64,000 bases of DNA from a virus (taxonomy: Duplodnaviria > Heunggongvirae > Uroviricota > Caudoviricetes): positions 110,446-174,445 of the IMG/VR virus record IMGVR_UViG_3300028833_000055; one strand, written 5' to 3'. Positions 47,333 through 57,497 of the stretch are shown in pieces (within the stretch, counting starts at the first letter, position 1; each line of letters opens with the position of its first letter). The notes under the pieces are model-generated. The model was not told where the DNA came from. It searched no databases and saw nothing but the letters and a program-made list of their open reading frames with translations. The position numbers and the translations under genes were made by a program.

Positions 47333-49108
47333 ATGTTTTTATCAAAAGCGAGACTGAAGGCATCCGAACTTATAGAACAGGCAGTGGTCTTTCTCACACA
47401 AAGATATGAACAGACAGCACACGTATTCACGCCCGCTTCACCATTCGGACAACTCCTTATAGTCATTTCGAATATATCCGAATTAATATTCACATATATA
47501 TCACACACCGCCGAAGAACTGAATATCGGAACGGCACAGAATGTAGAAAGTATTCACGGTCTGGCGAGACTGACCGGTCACGACCCCTATCGTGGAGCTT
47601 CCGCCTATGGAACACTTCAAATAAAACTGAACAACACATCCCTCGATACCATAAAGGGGGATTATGTCACCATAAACAATCTGACGAGTTTCAACATAGA
47701 GGAGACCGGTGTAAAATATTTCATAAACCTTCCGGGAGACTATATCAGACTTACAAAATCAGATGACAACTTCGTCAATGTGAATTTTATGCAAGGCGAG
47801 ATAGACTCACAGACATTCACATCCGATGGAACAGCGTTGCAGTCATACAATCCGATTGTAAAGAGTATGACCGACAATGACAATGTTTCCGTCACCGTAA
47901 ACGGAAAGGAATGGAAAAGGGTCGAAAGTCTTTACGATATGCCGGCGGATGACGGTACAAACGATGACTGTGAATGCTATATGGTCAAGTCTTCCATAAA
48001 TGTCGGTATCACAGTATTCTTCGGCAACGGACATTTCGGAAGGATACCTTCATCCGGTTCCATAATAGAGGTGACATACATAAAGACTATGGGTCTGGCC
48101 GGAAATTCACAGACAACGAACCTTACATTCACTTTCAATGATACCGGAGTGGATGAAATGGGTAACTCTGTGGACTTGAACGAAGTCTTGGTTATAAACA
48201 CAATAAAGCCACCTACGATGGGTTGTGACTACGAGGAACCGGAATTTACGAAACTGATTGCTCCGAAGGCGAGCAAGTCGTTTGTTCTGGCCACGCCCGA
48301 GAACTATGTAAGTTTTCTTTCCAAGTATAACCAGTTCTCATTCATTGACGCTTACACCACGAAGGATGATGACAACCTTGAAGACGACAACATAGTGTAT
48401 TTGAGAATTTTACCGAACCTCAAAAAGAAACTCACTTCAAACCAAGACTATTTCGAACTGCCCGAAGAGGAATTTTATCTGTCCAATTATGAAAAGGAAT
48501 CGGTTATGCGTGCTTTGGAGGATTCCGGTCAAATGCTCATATCATCGGAGGCATATATAGTTGACCCCGTGGTAAAGAGATTCGCCATCAATGTAATCAT
48601 AAGATATTTCGAATCGTCCGACAAAAATTCGATAAGGACAAACATAAGGAATATATTCAGCAAGTATTTCCTCAACATCAACAGGAAGGACATAATCCCA
48701 CTATCCGACCTCTTCGCCATTGTAGAGAATATAGAGGGTGTGGATACCTGTGATATTTTCTTTGTGACCGAAGAAAATGAGAATGCTGTGAAATACGGAT
48801 ATTACACGGACAACAGACAGAGATGGAACAACCATACCTTGAGATACGAGAATGTGGAAACAAGGGTAAATGTGTCATCTGACAGTGAACCGAACATAGA
48901 CATAGACTCATTCGGAAACATAGTGATACCGAGAAACTGTCTGTACATACCGAAAGGCGGGTGGAGTGATAGAAACGGAAACTACTACACCAAGACACCC
49001 GAAGTTGGAAAACTCGGACCGTTGAACATATTCTTCACGGATGAAGTCGATGAAAGCATATACAACCAGACTATGCAAAGAAGATTCAACAAACTTTTAA
49101 ACAGATAA
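47333..49108 (+). CDS. gp6: baseplate wedge protein (T4 gp6-like)
   Basis: LNIGTAQ...GLARLTGHDP, VFFGNGHFG, YIKTMG..GN, LATPENY; late promoter at 47296-47304. Confidence 0.75.
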   Translation: MFLSKARLKASELIEQAVVFLTQRYEQTAHVFTPASPFGQLLIVISNISELIFTYISHTAEELNIGTAQNVESIHGLARLTGHDPYRGASAYGTLQIKLNNTSLDTIKGDYVTINNLTSFNIEETGVKYFINLPGDYIRLTKSDDNFVNVNFMQGEIDSQTFTSDGTALQSYNPIVKSMTDNDNVSVTVNGKEWKRVESLYDMPADDGTNDDCECYMVKSSINVGITVFFGNGHFGRIPSSGSIIEVTYIKTMGLAGNSQTTNLTFTFNDTGVDEMGNSVDLNEVLVINTIKPPTMGCDYEEPEFTKLIAPKASKSFVLATPENYVSFLSKYNQFSFIDAYTTKDDDNLEDDNIVYLRILPNLKKKLTSNQDYFELPEEEFYLSNYEKESVMRALEDSGQMLISSEAYIVDPVVKRFAINVIIRYFESSDKNSIRTNIRNIFSKYFLNINRKDIIPLSDLFAIVENIEGVDTCDIFFVTEENENAVKYGYYTDNRQRWNNHTLRYENVETRVNVSSDSEPNIDIDSFGNIVIPRNCLYIPKGGWSDRNGNYYTKTPEVGKLGPLNIFFTDEVDESIYNQTMQRRFNKLLNR

Positions 49109-49109
49109 G

Positions 49110-49394
49110 ATGGACACCAGTAAGAACAACGACATAAACATAAAGAAATACAAGGGTTTCAATTCAATCTACGACAAGATAGACACCGACAGATGGGAGT
49201 TGAAAAACCTTGGGTACAAATATGAGGACACTCTTCTTGAAGACAATACGAGTAGATATCTTCAAAGAAACGAGATGGTCGTAAATATGTTCTCCTATCT
49301 GAACAAAATACTTTCACATCTGATAAACAGTGTTAAGTTCTTGAGAAATTTCAACAACTACACAGTACCGAAAGATTACAAGCATATAAACTAA
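49110..49394 (+). CDS. probable baseplate protein
   Basis: 94 aa ORF coupled between baseplate genes. Confidence 0.55.
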   Translation: MDTSKNNDINIKKYKGFNSIYDKIDTDRWELKNLGYKYEDTLLEDNTSRYLQRNEMVVNMFSYLNKILSHLINSVKFLRNFNNYTVPKDYKHIN

Positions 49395-52264
49395 TGGACA
49401 TAAAGAATATATATTTTTTTGACAATTACGGTTATGACCTGAACTTACAGTGGAACAAGACACACAAGGTATGGGAGGGAAACATCTATCTCCCAAAGGT
49501 GAGTGTCGGTCTTTATGCAAACACCAACATCTACATTATGGAGAAGGTCGGTAACGAATATGTGTTCCCACAAGGTGGGGACGGTGATGTAATCACATTC
49601 AAGTGGGATATGTCGAACAAATTCGTCGATGAGTTCTTTATGTTCGACTTCGATGACACATACTACGGACCCAATGTCTATGAAACATCGGCTCTCCAAT
49701 ATACACCGAATAACGGTCCGGAAGTCAACACTTTGATAGTAAAGAGATTTGAAGAATATGAAGTTCCATTGGGAGGAGAAGATTCCGATTCCGAATCCGA
49801 AAGCGTAATTTCAACAAAACCCCTTCCGATACATATAGCATTCTCATCACCCGACAAATACGACTCAACCACCTTCAAGAGAACCTTAATGGTGTACTAC
49901 AACTCCAAGAAGATAGCACACCTCACATTCTTCGCAGAAACGGTGGAGGAGGACGAAAGACTCAAAATACTCAACAGAAACTTGGGTTACAAGATAAAGC
50001 CGAGTGATACCATCATATTCAAGGACAGTAATATAAACGAACCATATCCCGACTACAAGCTCTTGAACGAAAAGAGAAAGGAACTTATGATGGAAGGACA
50101 TAACATATATCCTTACATCGGTTCGTACAAGGCGATAGTAAACGCCATAAAATTCTTCGGATACGAGAACCTCAACATAGTCGAGTATTGGAGAAATGTG
50201 GATTATACGAGCGACAACTTCGGAAAGATTTTTATGACTTCAAAATACTCGCTCACCAACAAGGAAACTATAAATGTGAACGGAAAACAGATACCGATTC
50301 CGAACAACAATTACAGGAAAATGAACAACATATCCCTTGTCTATACGATAAATCACGTAACCGGTAAAAGGGACAGTCTCGAAATACCGATAGTTGAGGA
50401 GGACTTCAAATACACTATGGAGGAGGTTATGATTAAACTCTTCGCCCTCCGTAGAAAACTCAATGAGGAGTTTATGCCGGCTTCATCGAGAATCATTGAA
50501 ATCATCGGGGAAGCGGTATATTTCGGTCTTCTTAGACTGATGAACATCCCATATTCGGCAAGTAAGGATTTTGATAAGAAAGGAAAATATGTTCCAAGTA
50601 TAAAGATATTCCCGAGTACGGATGTATTCGTTCCAAATGAAACTTACATTTCTTCAAACGACAGCGATTCCGATGTCCAGTTCAACGACTTCGAGGACTA
50701 TATGAACGAAAATATGCCAGAGGGATTTGAATACCGTACATGCTATACGAACATAACCGACACAAGACAGTTCATAGAATATATCATAGAGCAAGGCGGG
50801 ACTGTGGATACAATCGAAAATCCGTTCTATGTGAACGAAGATATTCCCATAACCAACATAGAGGAGACTTCGATAAACACCATAATGAACGACCGTGTGG
50901 AAAGAAACTATACACACGACATATCACCAGAATACTATGAGGATTACTATAACTCAATATCGGAGGGTTATACGGATGAAGTCGAATATGAACCGAACAT
51001 AGATTTTGAAAGGTTGCACGAAGCACTTCCTTCCGCCAAAATAATACTTGAAAACACATCGTTCTCGGAAGTCAGACTCGGACAGCTTCTCGACAGGTTT
51101 ATGGACATAGACACCGACTTGACATTCGGAAATCTCAACATAGACTATTACGGATATGATGAAATCAGATGGGAAGTTAAGTTTTCGGATGACCAGATTG
51201 ACGAGGATTTGAGAAACATAGGTGTGGATTATGAATTTGAACACCATACGAACAACCGGATATTCGACACAGACTTCCGTCCAATGGAAGGAAATCAGAA
51301 AATATTCGTTGAAGTCCCATATACCGGATACTATGATGTCATAATGACATTTAGAAATAGTACACAAACCGTTACCCATATTTTCAAGAAAGTGGTGAAG
51401 ATAGAACAGTTCCAGCCGGACATCAAGGGTTTCTACTATGATGCAAGGGAATTGCCGGAAAATCTTCAGTATGATGTATCCGAATATGAAAATTTCATAA
51501 GTGATTCAAGTGAGTCTGACATAACGGCAAGTACCAACAGATATGTCGATTTCATTATGTCGAGGATTTCCACTATGACAACTTTCGCCACACTCGAAAG
51601 AATGAGAGGTCTTTATGAAGATTCGGATTCGGATTCAGACTCCGATGACATAATAGAGGGAGACCAGTCGATGCCTATATACGGAGTAGGTGTGAACGAT
51701 GACAGTGACAGTGACAGTGAAAACGACTACTATGAGTTCATATCGAGACCGGGTCCTTACGGAATGAACTATGAAAATCAGCCTTGGGTGTTGTATGACA
51801 ATCTCAACTACGACATAACCACATTGAAACCAAACTTCAAGGATGCAAGATATATAAAGAATGCAGTGGATGTAAAACCATATACCTGGTTTCTTCTGGG
51901 TTTCAACGAGACAAAAATAACGGGTGTGGTGAATCCGGTATGGAAACTTACAAACCTCACCACGAATGAAACCGTTGAACACAAGGGAAGATACTTCACC
52001 CTTCTGCTCAAAAAGAGTGGTGACTATGAGGTGAGTGTTTCATTCACAGATATTCTCGGAAATAAATACAGTACCAGCAGAGTTATAGTCATAGTGGATG
52101 AAAACGCAAACTATAGACTGTATGAAAGATTCAAGAACGACTACGACACTATGTTGGAACTTGAAGATGAAAGAAATATATTATTATATTCACGTTTCGC
52201 CAATCTGAGTACGGATGCAATAACGAGAATTGATGACGAAGAAAGCGAAAGTGAAGATGAATAA
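49394..52264 (+). CDS. large baseplate/tail structural protein
   Basis: 956 aa with YPYIGSYKAIVNAIKFFGY, PKD-like GYYDV/GDYEV motifs and SDSD tracts. Confidence 0.55.
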   Translation: MDIKNIYFFDNYGYDLNLQWNKTHKVWEGNIYLPKVSVGLYANTNIYIMEKVGNEYVFPQGGDGDVITFKWDMSNKFVDEFFMFDFDDTYYGPNVYETSALQYTPNNGPEVNTLIVKRFEEYEVPLGGEDSDSESESVISTKPLPIHIAFSSPDKYDSTTFKRTLMVYYNSKKIAHLTFFAETVEEDERLKILNRNLGYKIKPSDTIIFKDSNINEPYPDYKLLNEKRKELMMEGHNIYPYIGSYKAIVNAIKFFGYENLNIVEYWRNVDYTSDNFGKIFMTSKYSLTNKETINVNGKQIPIPNNNYRKMNNISLVYTINHVTGKRDSLEIPIVEEDFKYTMEEVMIKLFALRRKLNEEFMPASSRIIEIIGEAVYFGLLRLMNIPYSASKDFDKKGKYVPSIKIFPSTDVFVPNETYISSNDSDSDVQFNDFEDYMNENMPEGFEYRTCYTNITDTRQFIEYIIEQGGTVDTIENPFYVNEDIPITNIEETSINTIMNDRVERNYTHDISPEYYEDYYNSISEGYTDEVEYEPNIDFERLHEALPSAKIILENTSFSEVRLGQLLDRFMDIDTDLTFGNLNIDYYGYDEIRWEVKFSDDQIDEDLRNIGVDYEFEHHTNNRIFDTDFRPMEGNQKIFVEVPYTGYYDVIMTFRNSTQTVTHIFKKVVKIEQFQPDIKGFYYDARELPENLQYDVSEYENFISDSSESDITASTNRYVDFIMSRISTMTTFATLERMRGLYEDSDSDSDSDDIIEGDQSMPIYGVGVNDDSDSDSENDYYEFISRPGPYGMNYENQPWVLYDNLNYDITTLKPNFKDARYIKNAVDVKPYTWFLLGFNETKITGVVNPVWKLTNLTTNETVEHKGRYFTLLLKKSGDYEVSVSFTDILGNKYSTSRVIVIVDENANYRLYERFKNDYDTMLELEDERNILLYSRFANLSTDAITRIDDEESESEDE

Positions 52265-52283
52265 ATAATAAAAAATTATAGAT

Positions 52284-52931
52284 ATGATAAACGACAATGA
52301 AGAAATCAACAATGTTGTTGTACCAAATCTCACCAATGCACTGGAACTAGTTGCTGGTGATACAGAATGTGGAAAGGGAATGGAAATCCCTGTTACAATA
52401 ACGGAACCGGAACCGACCGAAGTTGAACCGCACATAGAACCGGCGGTTACAGCATCCGACACTCCGATAATACCCGAACCGGAACGTACCATATGTTGTG
52501 ACTGTGGTTGTGATATGGACAACTTAACAATAGGAGAGTATTTCGGAACAATTATGGAGAGTGTGCAGACGATATGGAAATATCATCTCCAAGCGACAAA
52601 ACACTCCGTACATGTAATCCTCAATGAATATTATGAGGAAGCACAAGATTTGGTCGATTCAATCATAGAGAACTTTCAGGGAAGATGGGGTATCGTCAAA
52701 GACTACACCAACTGCATATGTGGATGTGAGAAGGCACCGAACCAGTATTTGTGTGAACTCAGGAATTTTGTTGAAAAGGGAAGGGAACAATTTGAAACAA
52801 TCAAAGACTGTTCAGAAATTATGTCGGACATAGACTCACTTTTAAGTCTGATAAATTCCACCCTCTATAAACTGAATAATTTGACCGAGAGCAAATCCTT
52901 TATGAGTTTTGATGAATTTATCAACAGATAA
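52284..52931 (+). CDS. ferritin/Dps-like (DUF5856-like) protein with Pro/Glu-rich N-terminus
   Basis: WKYHLQAT..SVHVILNEYYE...DLVDSIIENFQGRWG...IDSLLSLINSTLYKL. Confidence 0.7.
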   Translation: MINDNEEINNVVVPNLTNALELVAGDTECGKGMEIPVTITEPEPTEVEPHIEPAVTASDTPIIPEPERTICCDCGCDMDNLTIGEYFGTIMESVQTIWKYHLQATKHSVHVILNEYYEEAQDLVDSIIENFQGRWGIVKDYTNCICGCEKAPNQYLCELRNFVEKGREQFETIKDCSEIMSDIDSLLSLINSTLYKLNNLTESKSFMSFDEFINR

Positions 52932-52947
52932 AAAAAAGACATTTTAT

Positions 52948-54681
52948 ATGAGGAACATACTCAATATAGACCAGTTTCTTCTACTTGAATCGAAGGAGGA
53001 CAAGACTAGAAGAATGTTGAAGGCGAGAGGATACGAAAACACTACGGAAATAATAAACGCCGTAAAACACGATTTCTCCGAACTGGAACATAGTGAAAGA
53101 CCGGCCTATAAGTTCCTTTATGCCATATGCAGAATGTATGTTGACGGTGAATTTAGAAATGCCAATGACATATCGACTATGAACTCTATGTTGAAGACTA
53201 TCGCCATAGAACCTCATTTATCCGAGTATAACCACGACTTGAACGGTTTGAGTAAGGACGAAATCTTCCAGAGGTTTACTCCTATACAACAGAGGGAGAA
53301 TGAGGATGAAATGAATTTTGTTAAAAGGATGAAGTTTGAGGGGGGTAGCGACTACGAGATAGTCAAGATAGATTCGTATCGTCAAGCAGCCAAATACGGT
53401 AAATTCACTTCCTGGTGTGTCACGCACGCCAAAGAGCATTTCGATTCATACTCTTGTGATGGAATAAACCAGTTCTATTTCTGTCTTAAAAAGGGGTTTG
53501 AAAAGGTCAAAAAGAATGATTCCAATGCACCTCTCAACGAATATGGTTTATCTATGATTTCCGTTTGTGTTGATTATAACGGAATGCCTCTTTTTGTAAC
53601 TACTAGATACAACCACGATTTTGACGGGGAGAACAACGAAGAACTCAGAACACCAAGACAGGTCAGTGAAGTGATAAATATGAACTTCTTTGAGGTCTTC
53701 AAACCTTCAGAGAAGGGTGTTAGGTTAAACAAATATGCAATCCAGTCAAAACTCGACAAGGGGGTTGAAATGGATTCGCTGTTTGATAAAGTGGATAAGA
53801 TAACGGACGATTTCTATCTAGTTCAGATTGGTGATAAACGACAGTCTTTAGTTTATAAGAAAAAAATGATTTGTGACTGGATGGATATGAGAAGATTCAT
53901 TCTAGAAAAGATAGAATTTGTCGAAGAGAGAGATGGTAAACCGGTTATAAATTATCACGGTGATATAAATTTATTTAATTGTAAATTAACATCGTTGCCA
54001 TTATACTTCAACGAAGTGGATGGTGATTTTAAGTGTTATACTAACCTACTGACATCACTCGAAGGTTGTCCGAAAATAGTGGGTCGTAGTTTTGATTGTC
54101 ATAATAATAAATTGACATCACTTGAAGGGTCTCCAAGAAAAGTGGGTGGCGATTTTAAGTGTTATACTAACCTACTGACATCACTCGAAGGTTGTCCAGA
54201 AAAAGTAGGTGGTAATTTCTTTTGTGGTGATAACCAACTGACATCACTCGAAGGTGGACCGGAAGAGGTGGGTGGTAGATTTGAGTGTTATACTAACCTA
54301 CTGACATCGCTCGAAGGTGGTCCAAGAAAAGTGGGTGGTGATTTTGATTGTAGTCATAACAAAATAGTATCACTTGAAGGTGCTCCAAGAAAAGTGGATG
54401 GTGGTTTTGATTGTAGTTATAACCAACTGACATCACTTGAAGGTAGTCCGGAAGAAGTGGGTGGTGATTTTAAGTGTTATAATAATGAACTGGCATCACT
54501 TGAAGGTACTCCAAGAAAAGTGGGTGGTGATTTTTATTGTAGATATAACCAACTGACATCACTTGAGGGTGGTCCGAAAACGGTGGGTGGTGGTCTTGAT
54601 TGTAGAAATAACCAACTGAAATCACTCAAAGGCGCTCCGGAAGTGGGTCGTACAATTTTTAGTGATTTTGATTATGACTAA
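52948..54681 (+). CDS. late protein with CTS-like N-terminus and 22-aa leucine-rich repeats (start revised from 52909)
   Basis: Begins MRNILNIDQFLLLES; has SWCV and about 10 repeats of LTSLEGxPxxVGGxFxCxxNx. Confidence 0.8.
   Translation: MRNILNIDQFLLLESKEDKTRRMLKARGYENTTEIINAVKHDFSELEHSERPAYKFLYAICRMYVDGEFRNANDISTMNSMLKTIAIEPHLSEYNHDLNGLSKDEIFQRFTPIQQRENEDEMNFVKRMKFEGGSDYEIVKIDSYRQAAKYGKFTSWCVTHAKEHFDSYSCDGINQFYFCLKKGFEKVKKNDSNAPLNEYGLSMISVCVDYNGMPLFVTTRYNHDFDGENNEELRTPRQVSEVINMNFFEVFKPSEKGVRLNKYAIQSKLDKGVEMDSLFDKVDKITDDFYLVQIGDKRQSLVYKKKMICDWMDMRRFILEKIEFVEERDGKPVINYHGDINLFNCKLTSLPLYFNEVDGDFKCYTNLLTSLEGCPKIVGRSFDCHNNKLTSLEGSPRKVGGDFKCYTNLLTSLEGCPEKVGGNFFCGDNQLTSLEGGPEEVGGRFECYTNLLTSLEGGPRKVGGDFDCSHNKIVSLEGAPRKVDGGFDCSYNQLTSLEGSPEEVGGDFKCYNNELASLEGTPRKVGGDFYCRYNQLTSLEGGPKTVGGGLDCRNNQLKSLKGAPEVGRTIFSDFDYD
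54040..54650 (+). repeat. 66-bp in-frame tandem repeat
   Basis: CTGACATCACT[C/T]GAAGG recurs every 66 nt. Confidence 0.9.
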
Positions 54682-54715
54682 ATAACATATAAAGACTTGA
54701 CTATGAAAAATAGTT

Positions 54716-55282
54716 TTACACTCTTGAAGGTTCCAATTCAAAGTTTATCTTATTTGCAACCCAAGTCGTAGTCATTATCTTCTGGTCTATGGAATTTGAA
54801 CTGAAATCAAATTCAAGGTTGGATATACCGGTAAACAACAAATCGGTAAATGTAATCCTGTAAAGTACCTTATGATAACAGTCAAGTATCTCCATACCGG
54901 GCGGCTTAGGTAAATACTTATCCTTTATTTGATAATAATATAAGAACAACTCGTTCATTATGCACCAAATCAGATATCCTTGGTCAAGCTGGAATGTTAT
55001 TGTCATTTCCTTTTTCCACAAGTAGTCCGGATAGGCGTCCGAGCGTGACAACCTTCCATACGGAGTACCCGAGTCCTTCTGTTCTATCGGCTGGTATGTT
55101 TCCGGATTGACTTGCAATTCTACAGACTTGATTTGCATATTTACAAAATCTATCACACTCTCACACATTATACCCGGAACCCTTTTGAGAAGGGGTTCGT
55201 ATTTTTTCTCAATCTCTTCGGTTACGAAGATTTTTGGAAAATGAAAACGAAAGTTATTATTTTTACCCGATAAAAAAGCCAT
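54716..55282 (-). CDS. tail tube-like protein (gp19/gp54-like)
   Basis: EMTITFQLDQGYLIW...YRITFTDL..TGISNLEFD; late promoter at 55303-55311. Confidence 0.55.
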   Translation of the reverse strand: MAFLSGKNNNFRFHFPKIFVTEEIEKKYEPLLKRVPGIMCESVIDFVNMQIKSVELQVNPETYQPIEQKDSGTPYGRLSRSDAYPDYLWKKEMTITFQLDQGYLIWCIMNELFLYYYQIKDKYLPKPPGMEILDCYHKVLYRITFTDLLFTGISNLEFDFSSNSIDQKIMTTTWVANKINFELEPSRV

Positions 55283-55317
55283 ATTATTCCATTTCTATAG
55301 AATATTTATGATTAAAA

Positions 55318-55345
55318 TAAAAAAGGCGTGGTACCCACGCCTTCA
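55318..55345 (-). terminator. intrinsic terminator
   Basis: AAAAAGGCGTGG-tac-CCACGCCTT. Confidence 0.75.
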
Positions 55346-55363
55346 AAAAAACAAGAAAGAGTC

Positions 55364-56551
55364 TTATTCGGTAATTATCCTCACCGTCTTCTTGGCGGTA
55401 TCGACACTCGATACACCGAGTTCGATTTCCTTACCGACTTCAACATTATCCATATCTACCACTTTCCTAGAAAGGAAGAATGTAATATTGTTGAAATTCG
55501 GAGCCGAGACCACTATACCGTTTTCAAAAGTGTTCTTTATCACACCCTTCAAGACATACTTGTTGTCATTGTCAACGGTAGCCTTCAAATTGCTCCATCC
55601 TTCACTCTTACTATTGGTCTGTGTTATCGTAACCCTTCCGTCAACAACACTCTCGACATAGAAGTCGATGGGGTCTCCCACCTTCAACTGTCCATTCTTG
55701 AACTTGTCTTCCGTAATTGAGTTCATCTCACTTACAGACAACAAGGTAGGAACACATTCACCGATGATGATGAATACACCGAAAGACTTGACCGACGAAA
55801 CGATACCCTGTGCAACCGAGTTCTTGTCCAAGTCCATAAGGTCGGAAAGTACAGCGTTTTTCTTTCTATTCAAGAACTCCTTGTGTGATACGACGATACT
55901 GTCCTTCACCTTTGCGATAGGCATTACATACATCGTCTGTCCGACAAGTGTGTTGTAATCTTCGAGAGGAACGACATCTGATTCACTGCCCGGCATAAAG
56001 CACTTTACTCCGTTGATGTCAACTATGAAACCGTTGAACACCTTTGCACCGTTGAATACAATCTCCTTGACAACACCGGAATATGCCGATGTAGGTGAGT
56101 CAATCTGATTGATGAGTTCAATACGCAGACGTTCCATCTGTGCCGTCTTCGATGCCGCATCGGCGAAAAGTTTTCCATGCTGCTTGGTGACAACAACCTC
56201 GATGACATCACCGACACCCATTTCCTTGCCCGTGATGGTGGTGTCCTTTGAATTGAAGTTCACTACCGTTGAATGTTTCTTTGATAATGAAATATCAGCC
56301 AATCCTTTTTCATCGTCAAGACGGTCTATCTGTCCGGAACAGATTCCCTTGTATGAATTTTCATCATAGGATGAAATCACATCCAAGTCCTCCGAATTGA
56401 ACGATGTTTCGTATTTCTTCAAGAGTTCGACCACATAAGGTTCTCTAGAAAGGATTTCCATCTTACGGGTTACGGGAACAACTACCTTTTTTGATTCCAG
56501 AGGGTTTTCTGGATTCACAATCTCAATGGTTTGAGTTGATATTTTATTCAT
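55364..56551 (-). CDS. ribosomal protein S1-like protein (about four S1 domains)
   Basis: GFIVDINGVKCFMPGS, IVVSHKEFL, GIVSSVKSFGVFI...LLSVSEM...LKVGD, GVIKN...GIVV; late promoter at 56598-56606. Confidence 0.8.
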   Translation of the reverse strand: MNKISTQTIEIVNPENPLESKKVVVPVTRKMEILSREPYVVELLKKYETSFNSEDLDVISSYDENSYKGICSGQIDRLDDEKGLADISLSKKHSTVVNFNSKDTTITGKEMGVGDVIEVVVTKQHGKLFADAASKTAQMERLRIELINQIDSPTSAYSGVVKEIVFNGAKVFNGFIVDINGVKCFMPGSESDVVPLEDYNTLVGQTMYVMPIAKVKDSIVVSHKEFLNRKKNAVLSDLMDLDKNSVAQGIVSSVKSFGVFIIIGECVPTLLSVSEMNSITEDKFKNGQLKVGDPIDFYVESVVDGRVTITQTNSKSEGWSNLKATVDNDNKYVLKGVIKNTFENGIVVSAPNFNNITFFLSRKVVDMDNVEVGKEIELGVSSVDTAKKTVRIITE

Positions 56552-56623
56552 TTACTTTTTCTTTATGTGCCTCACGGCACCGGTTAAACATACAAGTTAT
56601 TTATGAAAAATATTTTTTGAAAA

Positions 56624-56650
56624 TGTTCCGGTTCTATTATAACCGGAACA
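56624..56650 (-). terminator. 10-bp perfect hairpin terminator
   Basis: TGTTCCGGTT-ctattat-AACCGGAACA followed by T's on the minus strand. Confidence 0.75.
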
Positions 56651-56660
56651 TAGTCTTTTA

Positions 56661-57476
56661 TTACTTTTCAGAAGTAACTTCCTCCTTCGTGGTCATTTCT
56701 TCCTCCACGATATCGTTTTCACTGTTCTCAAATTCACCGTCTATATTCTGCAAATACTTTGCATATTCACGGGCTGTGTCGTATTCCTTCTGGATATTTC
56801 TTACAGTCTCATTGACACTCTTGCCGCAGTTGCCCCAGCACTGAAGGAAATCCTTGGCCGTGTTCCATCCTCTTCCCTCAATTTTACTAGTCATAAAATC
56901 GTGGAGGGCGAGTACATTGCCGGAACGGAGAATAATAACTCCGTCAAAGTCCTTTGTGCGTGAAAACGCCTTGTTCTCTTCAAGGTTACTTACAAGAGTC
57001 ATAAGTGCGGGAGCGGTCTTCGGTGTCCATACCATAGCGTGATAGCAGAAGTCGAGAAGCTGGTTGAAAGTCTTCAATCCGCCGATTTCGATGTGATATT
57101 CACGGGAAACTTGAGCAGTTCTCTCCTTATCGAAGATGTCGGTAGCGGCTTCAAGATAAGGTTTCAGTTCAGAACGCTTGAAAGACAGACTTTCCACTTC
57201 ATCCTCAAGTTTCTTCAACTCCAAGTCCGACATCTCAACAACACCCTTCTTGGCGGTGAACTGCTTCGACTCTTCACCATACAGGGTCTTGATGTTTTCC
57301 AAATCATTCATATGAGTGTCAAATTCGGCTTTCTTTCTTTCAAGCTCCCTTCTCTTCTCATTGAGTTTCTCGATACGTTCGGAAACTTCCTTCACCTGTT
57401 CAACGGTGATTTTACATTCTACTCCGTTATCCTTGTTCTCTTCAACTTGGATAGTTTCTTTAATTTCTTCACTCAT
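56661..57476 (-). CDS. hypothetical coiled-coil protein
   Basis: 271 aa with an N-terminal heptad-rich region. Confidence 0.7.
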   Translation of the reverse strand: MSEEIKETIQVEENKDNGVECKITVEQVKEVSERIEKLNEKRRELERKKAEFDTHMNDLENIKTLYGEESKQFTAKKGVVEMSDLELKKLEDEVESLSFKRSELKPYLEAATDIFDKERTAQVSREYHIEIGGLKTFNQLLDFCYHAMVWTPKTAPALMTLVSNLEENKAFSRTKDFDGVIILRSGNVLALHDFMTSKIEGRGWNTAKDFLQCWGNCGKSVNETVRNIQKEYDTAREYAKYLQNIDGEFENSENDIVEEEMTTKEEVTSEK

Positions 57477-57497
57477 TTCTTATATATTTTTTAAAAA

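Noticed and set aside
54040-54650. 66-bp periodic repeat resembling a CRISPR array
   Set aside because: The period is a multiple of 3, it is fully in frame, and the 'spacers' are homologous to each other. It is a coding LRR.
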